NCBI RefSeq assembly: GCF_004010195.1
Contig: NC_057754.1
Location: 5,799,767 to 5,849,133 of the forward strand
Origin: Chiloscyllium plagiosum
Taxonomy: Eukaryota
Reading direction: 5' to 3'
DNA: 49,367 nt
A program made the translations under genes and the position numbers. Under the pieces are notes generated by a model that was not told the origin of the DNA, ran no database searches, and saw nothing but the letters and a program-made list of their open reading frames with translations. Positions 10,791 to 24,124 of the stretch are shown here, one piece after another (position 1 is the first letter of the stretch; each line of letters begins with the position of its first letter).

Positions 10791-13639
10791 TGTTTGAATA
10801 GTCATGTAGTTTAACATCATTTACTACAGCCGTTACCTCACGTGTGGAAGTAATCACTGCTGACAACGATCACATTTATTTAATTACCATTCAGAGAAAC
10901 TGAGTGGGACGGCCGCGAAACTCACAAATTAATGAGAATACTCGACATTTTTATTCAGCTCAACTTCACCTCGAGATATCGAGGAAAAGCACGAAAGTAG
11001 ACTTAGAATTTTTTAAGATTAGCGGTAATCCCATTGAATGGATGTGCAGCCATCGGGTGAATGAAAGCTTTATGAGAACAAATGTGTTTTCTTTGCGACA
11101 TTGTCCGCTTCACAATGTGGGAACTATTGCAGTTAGTGGTGAAGTTGATTATATTTACTAGTTGTTCACCCTGAGACGGTTACAATTGTTTCTCCTGTCC
11201 CTGATATCAGCACACTGCTGCAGCAATCAGTGGCTTCATGATTTGCTTGTTTGCAAATCTGGGGTTTGTTCATTCGACTCTTCAATTTCGCAAGAACACT
11301 GCCGCATTTTATTACACTTGCAAACTCATTGTCCCAAAGTCGAGATGTGCTTTGAGTTCCTTATCTGCAGGAAGAAGAATTTTTCCTCAACAACAATGCA
11401 CCACTTTCTTATGTACAAGAATGTTTGAAATGCTGGGATGTCTGAACTATTGATATGAAGCTATGCCCAACTTCAGTCTATTGTCCACTTATAAGTATTG
11501 TTGGCTGCCACGACTTACTGTTGGCAATGTTTCAATCGATTATACCGCAATTCTTTGTTTAACAGAATCGCTTTTAAACAGCCGCTCGGTTTGATAATAG
11601 AAAGTACTAACATGATGAACACAATTCCACCGAATCATTCAAAAGAATTGACGTCCTCATTAGAAGCATCTTGCAAAGTGAATTGTTTATCTTCTTAAAC
11701 TTGATTTTCCTCAATATATCCCTAAACTGTGCAGTTTCTGAGTACATTGTAGTCAGAACATTTGAAAGAATTTCATTGTGTTTGGAATTAATTGTGGTAT
11801 TTCTTAATATACCGATTAATGTCTCCGATCGATGAATGTAACCGAGAACATCAGAGTCAACCTAAAGGCGCTGTCAAAAGAGGGAAAGATAGAATAGTCT
11901 CGCACGCTGCTCGTTTGCACATTATCAATTTCAACCCAACCCAATCTCTGCAATCCCTGGGAGCGAAAAGGAAAAAATTAAACAGAGCCCAGTTTCAAAT
12001 CTTTGAATCTTTAGAAACTCTGTTGGAGGGGAATGAAGTGACCTGATCGACTGAGCAGAGACTGTCAAGGTGCATTTCCCTTCTGGAAGGAGCAGGGGCA
12101 ATAACTCTGATGTTCTCGAGGCATGAACTGATCTGAGACATTGAAAGGATCCCCATCAGTGCTGGTCCCCTCTCGCTGTTGTCACTATCAGGAACAATGA
12201 AACCTGATTCCCTGACCAGGCACCCCACTTTGGCTGCGGTGAAGAAAACACCGACTCTTAACCATTACACCACAAGTGCTGCCTCATGAGTTGTTGGACA
12301 GCTTCTTAATGTCAAAGCGTATGGTGTTTTATTTATCAGGACATAGGTTTGAACAAGTGATCGACTGTTTACTGAACGGAAAGAGGCCCATCATCCAAGT
12401 TTTCAGCACTTGGCCTGTCCCCTTGCGTTCTCAGCGTTTTCAAGCACTTGTGGAATGCTATTATCCAATCACGTTTTACAATGAATGTGACTGAAGGTTA
12501 AGATGGACAACCTGTGTTCATATTCCCTCGGTGAGCTGAACCCCATTTACAATACACAGGGAAACACACAGGCACGTTCTCGCGGAGTGACTGAGGGCTC
12601 AGGAGAGATCAACCAGAACGAAGGATTTCACCCAATTGGGTCTCATTTCAGATTTCAACACCAGAGTCTGGTTACAGCAATGAAAGGAAACATTCAGCCA
12701 TTCCCATGTCCGTGTTCCTCCCCTATCAAAGCATTGAGCGACGGAGGCAGTGTGCTCTGAGAGAAGGATTCTCATTCATTAGAAACTGCAACATAATAGA
12801 TGATTGGATAGCCTGTACAGTAGAAACCAGTCGGAACAAAACCGAGACAGAACTGAAGGCATCATGGGCAGAAGGATGAGAGAATATAATGCCGAATCAG
12901 ACAGTGTCCAGGGTGAAATAAACAGAGACTGTCCCTGGACGTCTCGTCATTTAGTTTCCGTGCTCTCAGAACCATGGCCTGCAAATCGTTAGCATTTGTA
13001 GTTCCCAATATGAAATGTTGCCTTCGCCTTAAAGTTAAATTATGAACCTGAACATACGCACATAAATGGTGAAATTGATAAAAATTGATCTGATTTTTTA
13101 ATTCCATATTTGGTCAGAAAGAGGAACGTGCAAACTCTTAGATTATCATTAAAATCTAATATTAAAGCCAGTTAGTGTTTTCACAAAACTACAAAAGCAG
13201 AGGAAGAGCTGGGAGTTTCATGATGGAAGGAGTCTACTGCTCCTGCTTTCGACCCACAACTTTTCATTCCTTTCTTCCCAAGAACAAGTGCAGAAGCAAA
13301 ATACTGGCAATCTAATATATATGAAAAATACAGAAAACGCTGGAAATATTCAACTTGTCTGGCAGCTTCTGAAAGTGTGGTCGAGGTCAACGCCATCATA
13401 ACCTGATTGTCTTTACTTTGTATTCATGATAACTAATGCCCAAGTCACAACTCATTCAGACACGTTTCCTCGTCTTTAAAAGGAATGCACGCCTTGAGTT
13501 TGCCATGAGAAACGTTTTGTCAATTAATTCTGTACTGAAAGGACAACCGTTTCAAGCTGTATGAAACGTGTTGCAAACGGTCAAACCAGTCAAAATGAGG
13601 TACCTCGTGAAGAAATATGTGTTTCTGTCAGGAGAGCTA

Positions 13640-14045
13640 AAATAGAATTATTCATAGAAGATTGTGGTGAACTGTCTGCCGATGTTATTGATGAGGTAGG
13701 CAGACGTCTTGATGATGGTAATCCAAAACGATCAGATAAATGTAGATTGGGGGAAAATGCAAAAGTTCTGTGAGCCCGCTGTCTATGAAACCTGGGGATA
13801 AAGGAATATAAGGTAAAGTAGCAATATTAATCATAAATTGCTGGCGTGATAGGTTACTGATGATGGCTGTTTGCCTGCCTGAAATTCAATTTTCATGCTC
13901 CTCGGATGCCGCGTGACTTGCTGTGTGTTTTGAGCATCACTCCGATGCTGAAACTGATCTCCAGCATCTGGAGTCCTCATTATCGCATGCAGGAAAGGAA
14001 ACAGAGTCATCATTAACAATTGTCTTTTGGACTGGAAGAATCTTT
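13640..14045 (+). mobile_element. Old CR1 RT fragment interrupted by a Penelope-derived short element (13855-13985)
   Basis: DEVGRRLDDGN..GIKG-like RT region resumes after the insert (aggaaacagagtc..ttggactggaag); insert reads CTGATGA..GAAA then ctcctcggatg..tctccagcatctggagtcctca. Confidence 0.6.
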
Positions 14046-14109
14046 CAAGCGAAGTTTGGTTGAGAGTTGAGGTGTGGAAGTTCTGCTTAGCTTAATTTAG
14101 CCCAACAGC

Positions 14110-14480
14110 ATTCTCTGATTTACCAGCGCGCCCAAGAGTTTCTCTGATTGGTTGGAGGACCAGTGCCTCCAGCTTGGTCCTTTAGGGCCGCCTCGTCTTC
14201 GCAGTTGGCCATTATACGTCAACAGCAGCATGCATAGGGTTAACCTTAACTGTGAGCATGCTCGCGGCGAGTGATCATTGGACCGCAATGTTGTTGTCTC
14301 CAATCGACAGTCGGTGAGTGAGGGCGAAAGGGGAGGGAAGCGCCAGGTGATAAATCCCAGTTAGAGGTTTCATGTTTGGTCATTGTATGATTCTGGAACC
14401 AAACATACTGTATTTGGGGCCGCGATTTAAGCCACAGAGAGCCTGAGCTTCTTCCCAGAAACAGGCCCGCTATTCCTGGC
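14110..14480 (+). promoter_or_regulatory. Promoter/first-exon-like, relatively CpG-rich segment
   Basis: Reverse CCAAT box (ctgATTGGtt, 14147-14151), ccgcct GC-box-like element, palindrome GAGCATGCTC (NRF1-like, 14254-14263), splice donor CG|GTGAGT (14314-14319). Confidence 0.45.
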
Positions 14481-15139
14481 TCAGTTTTATTTTGTTTTAT
14501 TTTTATTTATCAGGTCACTGTTGGTTTATCTATCTTTAGTGTGAATATAGCTGAAAATAAATGATATTGTTTTAAATCATTGCTGTGGCCCATGATTATT
14601 TAATGTTTTTTGGAGATGCATATGTGCGTATTAGTGACTGAGATGGATGGGTCTGTGTACCCCATGAATATCTCTACCCCTTAACTTGCTGTAAATGTGA
14701 CAGAGACGGAAAGAATGGAGCACGAAGTGGAGGGACAGGACTCCTGAGCAGGCTAACGGGTCGCGGGGTATTTGGAATTTGGGGTCATTCGTTGCCATTC
14801 CCAACACCAAAAAATGACCCATTGTTTTACTCACTGTTCCTCTTCCCCACCCTATCCTACTACTCCCTCCACCCAGTATCAGTAACTTTTAAAGACGTTT
14901 ACTTATTTCATACATAATATTTCGCTATTGTCAAAGGATTCAGTAATTTGTGAACTGGATCGAAATTGAGAGAGAGAACAGCCAGTGTATGAACATCAAA
15001 AATCATTTTGCACCTCCTCGAACTGCTGAAGTTCTGTGCTAAAATTGCTCACCGATTGCTGTTTCGTAAGGCTTTACAGGATTTTTTGTAATCTAGATAA
15101 TGTGTTACTGATGTCTGTGTCAGTTCAAGACAATTGGTT

Positions 15140-16520
15140 TTTATATCCCACGTTTAACAGAATGGGAATTTAAAAAATCTGAACAGGACCGGCTTGTTGT
15201 GATGTTTGATCCTCCTCCATAATTCAATATGATCTTGGCTGGTCATTTCGCACAGTAACCTGCTACCTCTCGAGATCTGTACCTTTTGATCGCTCGTACC
15301 CTCAAAATTATGGACATTTTCATCTTGTAAACATTCCAAGTTCTGGATTTAATTGCTTTTTGTGGCAGCAAATTCCACTGAGGACCCAGTCTTTGATTAA
15401 AAAATAAAATCCTCATCTCAGTCTTAAATCAACTAACCCAAATTCTTAGAAGTGACGCCACCTTTCCACCCCCTACGTTACGGACGTCCTGGTTATTGAC
15501 AGCATCCTTCCTGCATTTACCTTGTTCATACCTTTTAGAATTTTGTTCGTTTCTGTGACATCCTACTTCATCATTCTAAACTTGATTGATTTTCATCCTC
15601 ACGAATCCATTCTTTCCTCATACGTCAGTCCTGCCACCCTATGAATCAGTCTGGTAAACCTTTGTTGTGCAGCCTCCGTGTGGAGAACATCTTTGTCATG
15701 ACAGGATTACAAAACTGCACACAACATTCTAGGTTGTGGTATCAACAAGACCGTGCACAATTTCAGCAAGTCATCCCTGCTCCTGTGTTCAAATCCTCTC
15801 AGTAGAAAGGCTAAAACACCGTTTGTCTTCCTCAATTGCTGCTGCGCTGGTATGCTTACGTTAAATGATTTGTATACAAGAAGATGAGATCGGTTTTCCT
15901 ATTTTAGTTCCATAAATTTATGATGGTTCTGTCCAATTCAGTTACTGTTTTCCAGTGTAAGGCTAACTTCTCTGTCATTCCATGTTTTCTCACTACTTCC
16001 TTTTATAAATAGTCAGGTCACATTAACTGACCTCCTATTCATAGATAATGTTTCAGAGTCGATAGAATATTGAAATATGAAAATTAATTTGCTCTACGTA
16101 TACTCCACACTCTAGTTACACAAGGCATTCACTGCAATTCGGGTGACTTTAAGTACATGGTTGTTTGATTCGCAGTTGGTGGAATTTATTGTCTTTAATC
16201 GCATCAATTTCCACAACAACATCTTCCTGATAATACTGATTTCCATCTGTTCCTTCCTTTCTTTTTCTTCCCAGTAATTTAGGAATATTACTTGTGTCAT
16301 CATTTGTAATGGCAGAACCAATATACATGTTTGTTTGGTATGCCATATATTTCTCCCACATTATAACGTCCTCTGTTTCTCATTGTAAGGGATTTGTTTT
16401 CAATGATCGTTTTTTTTTCTCCCTTCATATACCTTCAGGAGCTTTAACAATTCATTATATGTTTCTCTGATGCTTACATTTAAATGGAATTTTTCGCTCT
16501 GCATTAATTCTTGGATCATT
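15140..16520 (-). mobile_element. CR1 LINE fragments (3' end ~15140-15880 plus upstream ORF2 pieces)
   Basis: tcctcatctcagtcttaaat, aatcagtctggtaaacctttgttg, aaaactgcacacaacattctagg are reverse CR1 ORF2 hallmarks. Confidence 0.75.
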
Positions 16521-16524
16521 ATGT

Positions 16525-19500
16525 TGTCAACATTTACGGGAGGCTCCAGGGAAGGATGTCTTTATTTACAGGGAGGCGATCGCTGGAGTGTGTCAGTATT
16601 CACAAGGGAGTCCTGGGAAGTGTATTGGTGTTTTGACGAGACGTGAAAGGGAGTGTGTCAGGTTTGGCATGTTGAGTCCCGAGGAGTGGATCCGTATTTA
16701 CAATGGGGTCTAGGCAAGTCTCGGTATATACAGTGTGGTACCGTGGCATATTTCAGTATTGACAGCTGGGTCCCTGGTATTGACAGTGAGGTACCAGGGA
16801 GTGTGATAGTATTTACAGAATGGTCACTAGGAGTTTGTCAGTGTTTACAGGGTTGTTCTGAGGTGTGTATCAGTGTTGACGTGGTGGTCTCGAGAAGTTT
16901 TTCAGTATTTATAAACAGTCCCATGGAGTGTGTATCAGTATTTATAGGCTGGACCTGAGGAATGTGTTGGTATTTACATGGGGGTCCTGNNNNNNNNNNN
17001 NNNNNNNNNNNNNNNNNNNNNNNNNNNNNNNNNNNNNNNNNNNNNNNNNNNNNNNNNNNNNNNNNNNNNNNNNNNNNNNNNNNNNNNNNNNNNNNNNNNN
17101 NNNNNNNNNGGATGTTTCATGGAGTGGGTCGGTATTTATACCGCGTTCCCAGAGAGTGTGTCGGTATGTACAGGTGTTCTGGGAGTGTGTCGGTAATTTC
17201 AAAGTGGGGGTCACGAGCAGAATGTCGTTATTAACAGGAGGGGTTCTGGGGAGTGTGTTGTTATTTATAGCGAGGAAATTCGGGAGTGTGTTGGTATTTT
17301 CAGGGGGCCGTCATGAGCAGAATATCGGTATTGACAGGTGGGTTTCAAGGGCGTTCATCAGTATTTACAGGGTGGGTCCAGCGAGTGTGTCAATATTAAT
17401 AAGTGTTTCCCGGGGAGTGTGTCAGTACGCATGGGTGTGTCCCAGGGAAAGTGTTGGAATTTTCAGGGTGGATTTCTGTAGAGTGTGTCAGTATTTTGAA
17501 AGCAGGGGTCACAGGCTTAATGCCGGTAGTAAAGAGGGGGTTCTGGGGAATGTGTTGTTATTTGCAGCGAGGTGACCCGGTAGTCAGTTGGTATGTCCAG
17601 TGGGGTGTCATGGGCAGAACTTCGGTATCGACAGCGGAGTCCTGATTCTTTTGTCAGTATTTACAGAGCTGTCCCGGTGAGTGCATCGTTATTATTGGGT
17701 GGCGTTTGGGTTCCTGAGGACTGCATCAGTGTGTTAAAATGCTGGTACACTGAAAAAAACATGGGTATTAGCAAGGGATTTCTAGTGAGTGTGTCGTTAT
17801 TTAGAAGGGGTACCCGACAGTGTGTTGGTATTTCCGGGGGAAGAGTGTCACTAGAAAAACGTGTTGACAGAGGCTGTCCACGGGTGTGTGCCAGTGTTTG
17901 CAGTGGTGGGTTCAGTAGGTGCGCCGTTATTTATAGTTGTTTCCCGGGTAGTGTGTCGGTGTTCAAGATGGTGATTCCGGGGATTGTGCTGGCATTCACA
18001 AGCTGTCCCATGGAGTGTGTCAGTATTGACAGGGAGGATACCTTGAAGTGTGTCAGTATTCACAGGTGGTCCCAGGGATTGACCCAGTGTTTACAGGGGA
18101 TCTGGAAAGTGTTTTGCTGTTTACCAGGTGTTCTGGGAGGCTGTCAGTATTTACAGTAATTTCCAGAAAGTTTGTCTGCATTTACCAGGGGCTCCTGGGA
18201 TTGCGTTGGTGTTTACAAGGGTTGTCCTGGAATCGGTTTGGTATTGACAGGGGTGTACTGGGGAGTGTGTTAGTATTTACAATGATTTTCCGAGGACTGT
18301 GTCAGTATTCACGAGTGGGCCCTGGAGAGTGTGTCAATATTGCCAGGGGGCTCCCGAGCAGTGTGTCGGACTTGACAGCGAGCTCCTGTGGAGTGTGTCC
18401 ATTTTAACAAGGTGGTCCTGGAGATGTGTCTGTATTTATAGGCGGGTCCCGTGGAGTGTACCATTATTTCAGGATTAGCCCCATCGCTTGTGTTGGTATT
18501 TATAAGAACGTTCCAGGGAATTGTGCCATTATTTTCAACAGTGTGCCGGGCAGTGTGTCATTATTTACAGGGTTGGTCCTGGGGAGTGGTTTGGTATTTA
18601 CAACGGTGACCCAGGTGTGTTTCGGTATGCACAGGGTGTACTGGGGACTGTGTCAGCATTTACGGGGGGGGGGTTCCCATGGAGTATTTCAGTCTTTACT
18701 GGAGTGTTCCTGGAGTGTGTATCGGTATTTTAAAGAGTGCCTGTATTCTCAAGGTGTCCCATGGAGCGTGTCAGTATTCACAGGGCGGATGCCAGAAAGG
18801 GTGTCGGTATGTATTTCAGAGGATTCCCTGTATCATTATTTAGAAGTGTGTCCCAGGGCGTTTGTCTGTTTTTACAGGCGTCTACCGGAGAGTGTGTCTG
18901 TATTGCGGGTGGCCCTGAGTGTGTCAGAATTTAGAGGGTGCTGCTGAGGAATTTGTCAGTAATGTCAGTAAATACGGGGGGGGGGGTGCAATTCCCGGGG
19001 ATTGTGTCAGTATTTACGGGAGTCCCAGGGAGTGTGCAGGTACTGTAAAGCGGTCCTGTTGAGTATATACGTTTGCAGGGCAGTTGTCCAGGAGTTGTCA
19101 GTATCGACAGGGATTTCGCGGGGATTGTGTCGGTATTTACAGGGAGTCGGTAATTGCAGGGTATTTAGGGAGTGTCTCGGTGTTTGCATGGTTTCCATGG
19201 AGCGTGTTGGTGTTTACAAGGTTCCCGGGGATTGTGTTGGTACTTACAGGGGGAGTCCCGTGAGGTGGGTTGGCTTTTACAGAGTATCCCACAAAGTGTT
19301 TAGGTATTTGCGCAGATTCTGGGGAGCTTCTCGGTATTTTCTAGGTGGTTATGGATTGTGTGTCAGTATTTACAGGGTCGTCACAGTGTGTATCACCGTA
19401 TTCACATTGAAGGTCCCAAGGATGTTTTGATATTTACATGATGATCCTGGGAGTGTCAGTATTTACAGGGGCTCCTAAAGAGTGAGTTGGTATTTAAAGG

Positions 19501-21010
19501 GTGGGCCCCAAGGAGTGTGTCCGTATTTGCAAGTCGTCCGGGAGAGCATGTCAGTATTTACAAGATGGTCCCATGGTGTGCGTCAGCATTTACAGGGCTG
19601 TCCTGTCGAGTGTGTAAGTGTTCAGAGGAGGGTTCCATTGAACTGTGTCTCATTTACAAGGGTGCACCGGGTGGGTGTCATTATTCACAGGATTTTCCCG
19701 GGGGTGGGTTGTTATTTGCAAGAGTGTCGCGGGTGTGTATCAGAATTTGCAAGGGTGTACCAGGAAATGTGTCAGCATTTTCAGGGAGTCCTGGGGAATT
19801 TGACAGTATTTACAGGGGCTTTCAGGAGATGTGTCAGTATTTACATGGGGTTCACAGGGTTCTGCGGTGGTACTTACAAACGTGCCACGGGGAGAGTGTC
19901 ATTGTTGACAGGGGATTCCCAGGGTCTGTGTCAATATTTAAACGAATATCCCGTGGTGTCTCTCTATATTTACAGGGGGGTCCTTCAGAGTGTGTCCGTA
20001 TTAAAGTGGGGTCCTGGGTTGTGTGTCAGTATTGACAAAGTGTTGTTGGGAAGCTTTTCAGGAAATATAGGTGAGGGGGAATGTCCTGGGGATTTTGTCA
20101 GTATTTACAGGAGAGTCCCAGATATTGTGTCAGTATTTACAGGGGTGCCCTGGTGAGTGTCTATACATGCAAGGGTGGGAGTACGGGGAGTGTGTCAGTA
20201 TTTGCAGCAGGATCTATGGGTGTGTGTCAGTATCAATAGGGAATACGTACAGAATGTGTCGATATTTACTGGGTGGTCCTGGGCAGCGTGTTGGTACTAA
20301 TCAGGTGTTTACTAGGGAGTGTGTTGGTACTTACAGAGTGGTCGCGGGGAGTCTGTAATCATTTACAGGAGCGGTCTCTGGGATTGTGTCAGTATTCACA
20401 GGTTAGTCCTGTGGAGTGTGTAAGTATTTACAGGGGGTTCCTGTGGAATATGTCAGTATTTGTGGAGCAGTTCTAGAAAGTGTATTGTTATTAACAGGCA
20501 GTTTACCGGGGAGTGTGTTGGTATATACACAGAGTTTACCGGGGATTGTGTCAGTATTTATGGGGGATCCCGTGGAGTGTGTCAGTATTTACTGGGTTGT
20601 CCCAACGAGTGGTTTGTTATTTACAAGGGTGTCCTGGGGTGTGTATCGGTATTGACAGGACAGTGCTAGTGAATGTGTCATTATTTGCAATAGGGTCTTG
20701 TGACGAGTGTCGGTATTTACAGGCGGTCCCGGGGAATGTGTCTGCATTTACAGGGGTGTCCCAGCGCTTCTGTCACTGTTTACAGGTGCGTCCGGGGCAG
20801 TGTGTCAGGGTTTACAGGTGGATCCATCGCGTTTTATTTGCTTTGTGCAGGGGCGTCCTGGAGAGGGTTTTGCGATTTACAGGGGGTCCCAGGGAGTGTG
20901 TCGCTATTTATAGCAGCGTCCTCGTGGTTGTGTCAGAATGTGCTGAGTGCATTAGGGAGTATGTACATATTAACATGAAAGTCCTGGGGAGCATGTCAGT
21001 ATTTTCCGAG
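16525..21010 (+). repeat. Degenerate ~32-bp minisatellite, ~140 units; consensus ~GGGAGTGTGTCAGTATTTACAGGGGTGTCCC
   Basis: gtcagtattt-type core at 20550, 20581, 20613 and 20645 (period 31-32); strongly G/T-rich strand; 120-N gap at 16990-17109. Confidence 0.95.
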
Positions 21011-21099
21011 TCAGTAGAGCTTGTGTCTGGAAAAGACTAGATGAACTGAAACTGTTTCCACTTAAATATGGGTCTCAACCACAGTCGGGGTGTGCAGAT

Positions 21100-22606
21100 T
21101 TCAAAAATGGGAATGTCTGAGAGAACAGTAGGGAAGATATAGCTCCCTCAACTGGAAATATCGACGAAAATAGGTGGGATAATAAAGTTCCCTAAACTGC
21201 GAATTTCAGTTTGATTATACGGGATTGCGTAGTTCTCTAAACTTGGAATATCAGTGTGAACAACGGGATGATACAGTTCCCTACACTGGGAATCTGAGTG
21301 TAAAAAGCCGGGATGATCCAACTCTCTAAACTGGGAATCTCGGTGTGATCAGTCGGAATGGTCCTACTCTCTAAACTGTCAATCCCCGTGTGAACAGTTG
21401 GAATGGTTCTACTCTCTCAACTGGGATTCTCAGTGTGAAGAGGTGGGAAGCTCCATCTCTCTAAATTGGGAATATGAGTGTGAACAACCATGATGTTCCA
21501 GCTCTTTAAAATTGGAAACTTAGTGTGGACAGTGGAATGATCTAGCTCCTTAAACTTGAAATCTCGGTGTGAACAGGCGGGATTGTCAGGCTCCCTGAAC
21601 TGGGAAATACAGTGCGATCAGCCATGATAGTCCACGTTTCGAAATTAGGAATCTCATTGTTTGCACTGGGATTGTCCAGTTCCCTAAACTGAGAATCTCA
21701 GTGTGAACAACTGCGATGACCTGCTTTCTAAACTTGGAATCTCGTTGCGAACAACTGGATGGTCCAGCTGCATAAACTGGGAATTTCATTGTGAACACCC
21801 GAGATGGTCCCACTCTCTAAACTGAGAATTTCCTTCTGAGCAACTAGGATGGTCCAGTTCCCTCAACTTGAAATCTCACTGGGAACAGCCGGGATGGTCC
21901 AGCTCTCTAAACTAGGCTTCTGAGTGTGAACAGCCAGGATGATCCAACTCATTAAACTGGAAATCTCGGCGTTAACAGCCGGGATGACTGTGCTCGCTAA
22001 ATTGGGATTCTCAGTGTGAACAGCTGAAAATTTCCACCTCTCTAAACTGGGATGCTCATTGTGAACTGGGGATGATCCAGCTCTCTAAGCTGGGAAAGCC
22101 ATTGTGAACAGCCTTCATTATCGAGCTGTCTAAATTGGGAATCTTCGTGGGAACAGACGGAAAGGTTCTACTCACTAAACTGGGATTCTCAGTGTGAACA
22201 GCTGGAATTGTCCAGCTGTGTAAAGTGGGCTTCTCAGTGTGAACAGCGGGATGATTTGGCTCTCTAAACTGGAAATCTTAATGTGAACAACCATGATGGT
22301 CTACCTCCCTAAAACGGAAATCTCAGAGTGAACAGCCATGATAGTCCAGCTCCCTAAACTGGGAATCTCAGTGTGAATGGCCGGCGTGGTCCCGTTCCCT
22401 AAACCAGGAATCTCGTTGTGAGCAGCCAGTTTGGTCTATCTCCCTAAATTGGGAAAATTGTGAACAATGGGATTATCCAGCTCCCTGAACTGGGAATCTC
22501 AGTGTGAACAGACAGGTGCTCGTGCTCTCTAAAATGAGAATCTCGTTGTGAGCAGCTGGGATGGTCCAGCTCCCTCAACTGGGGATCAGTGTGAACTGCC
22601 GGGATC
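21100..22606 (+). repeat. 45-bp minisatellite, ~33 units; consensus CTAAACTGGGAATCTCAGTGTGAACAGCCGGGATGGTCCAGCTCT
   Basis: taaact at 21327 and 21372 (period 45), continuing to ~22600. Confidence 0.95.
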
Positions 22607-22807
22607 TCTGAAAACTCGACAGAGGCGTGAAGAGTGGGATAAATGGATTGTGGGTGAGGGCTTATAGTGGAATGTGCTTATATAGTAGAACGCAGGAATC
22701 GTTGCAAGCAGGTAGCAACTGATGGAGATAGATGGCAGGGAAGGTGGAGTTGATGGATTGAACAGAATGTTGGAGGATGGATATGTTGGAGGGACGAGGC
22801 TGATAAA

Positions 22808-22965
22808 TTGCCCACAGAAACCAGGGATGTGTAGGTTAGGTGCATTAGTCGGGGTAAAATGAAGAGTGATAGGGAAGGGGAATGGGTCTGGATGAGTTGC
22901 TCTTTGGAGGATCGATGTGGACTAGTTAGGCAGAACGGCAGGTTTCCACAATGTAGAGATTCAAT
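22808..22965 (+). mobile_element. HE1/V-SINE-like SINE, 3' half
   Basis: aaattgccca..ccagggatgtgtaggttaggtgcattagtcgggg..ctctttggaggatcgatgtggact..gtttccacaatgtag. Confidence 0.8.
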
Positions 22966-23630
22966 AAAACGTGAGAAGATGTGCTCTCAACTCTGAGCCT
23001 TGCAGAACACCACATGTCACCGGCTGCCTGACTGAGGAAAACTCTTTTATCCCCACTCTCTGTTTTCTGCCAAACAGCCAAACTTTTCTCCATACCTCTG
23101 ACACCATAGGCCTTTACTCATTAGCTTCCTGTGTGACATCTCGTGAAAGACCTTCTTAAATCCCTGGCAGATAACATTCATTCGCTCTCCTCAGTCTTAC
23201 CTGTTCGTTTCTTCCTCAAATAACTCTAGCAGATTGGTCAGGCATGAACTTCCCTTAATGAAACTATGTCGACTTTACCATGTTTTAACATGCAATTCCA
23301 AGTATTCAGAAATCTCATTCTTCACAATAGATGCCAGGATTTTACCCGCAACTGAGATTAGGGTAATTGTTCTGAAATTTTCTGCCTTTTGGACTTACTC
23401 ACATTTTAAACGGGGATATTGTTTTGGTGATTTTCCAGCCCTCTCGGACCTTCCCTGATTCTACAAATTCCTGAAAGATTGCCAACAACGCCACGACTGT
23501 CACTTCAGGTATCTCCCATAGAACCCTGGGGTGTAGTCCAGCTGGAACAGGGGCTTATCCAACCTCGGGCCATTCCGTTTTTCTAGCATCTTCTCCTTCG
23601 TGATGGCCACCATACTCAGTTCTGTCTCCT
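22966..23630 (-). mobile_element. CR1 LINE ORF2 RT fragment
   Basis: Reverse-strand hallmarks ctgagccttgcagaacaccac, ttcttcctcaaataactc, caggcatgaacttccc, gggtgtagtccagctgg. Confidence 0.8.
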
Positions 23631-24124
23631 CACTCTATTGCCGAGAAGTGTAGACCAACAACTAGGAATGTATGGCAGTATGACATGCAGTTACTGCCAA
23701 GGAAAGTTATCCAGTTCACATCCCAGATCAGGCTGCCTATCAGGGCTGCTCCCTTGCTACATGAGCATGCATTTCCGTGCCTCCAAGCATTCCCACAGTA
23801 TGTTTTACCTTGCCCTGTCAGCGCCTTGTTATGGCAGTTGGCACAGACACACAACCAGGCTACTGGCTGTACGGTGTCATTGTCCTCAGTCAGGGACATG
23901 TTCACCTGTTCTATATCCCTGTTCCATGTCATTCTAACCCTTATACCACATGGCAAGAGTGATCGCACCAAACACACTGCATCTGCAACAAAGACTTTGA
24001 TACGTCTGAAAGTCTCAGGGGAGCAGACTGCAGGGAAATGCATGGGGCACCATCAGCCGGTGGCTGGGGTTTCTAACTTAGTTTTCAATGGATTGTTCTT
24101 TCATTGATCATTTTGAATGATTTA

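Noticed and set aside
10552..10820. Minus-strand ORF ending near a GTAAGT donor (possible exon)
   Set aside because: No recognisable protein; the plus strand resembles an old CR1 3' end
11995..12250. Minus-strand acceptor-like ttttcttcaccgcag followed by a 77-aa ORF
   Set aside because: No recognisable domain or partner exons
16653..21040. Long overlapping ORFs up to 224 aa
   Set aside because: By-product of the stop-poor G/T-rich 32-bp minisatellite and N runs
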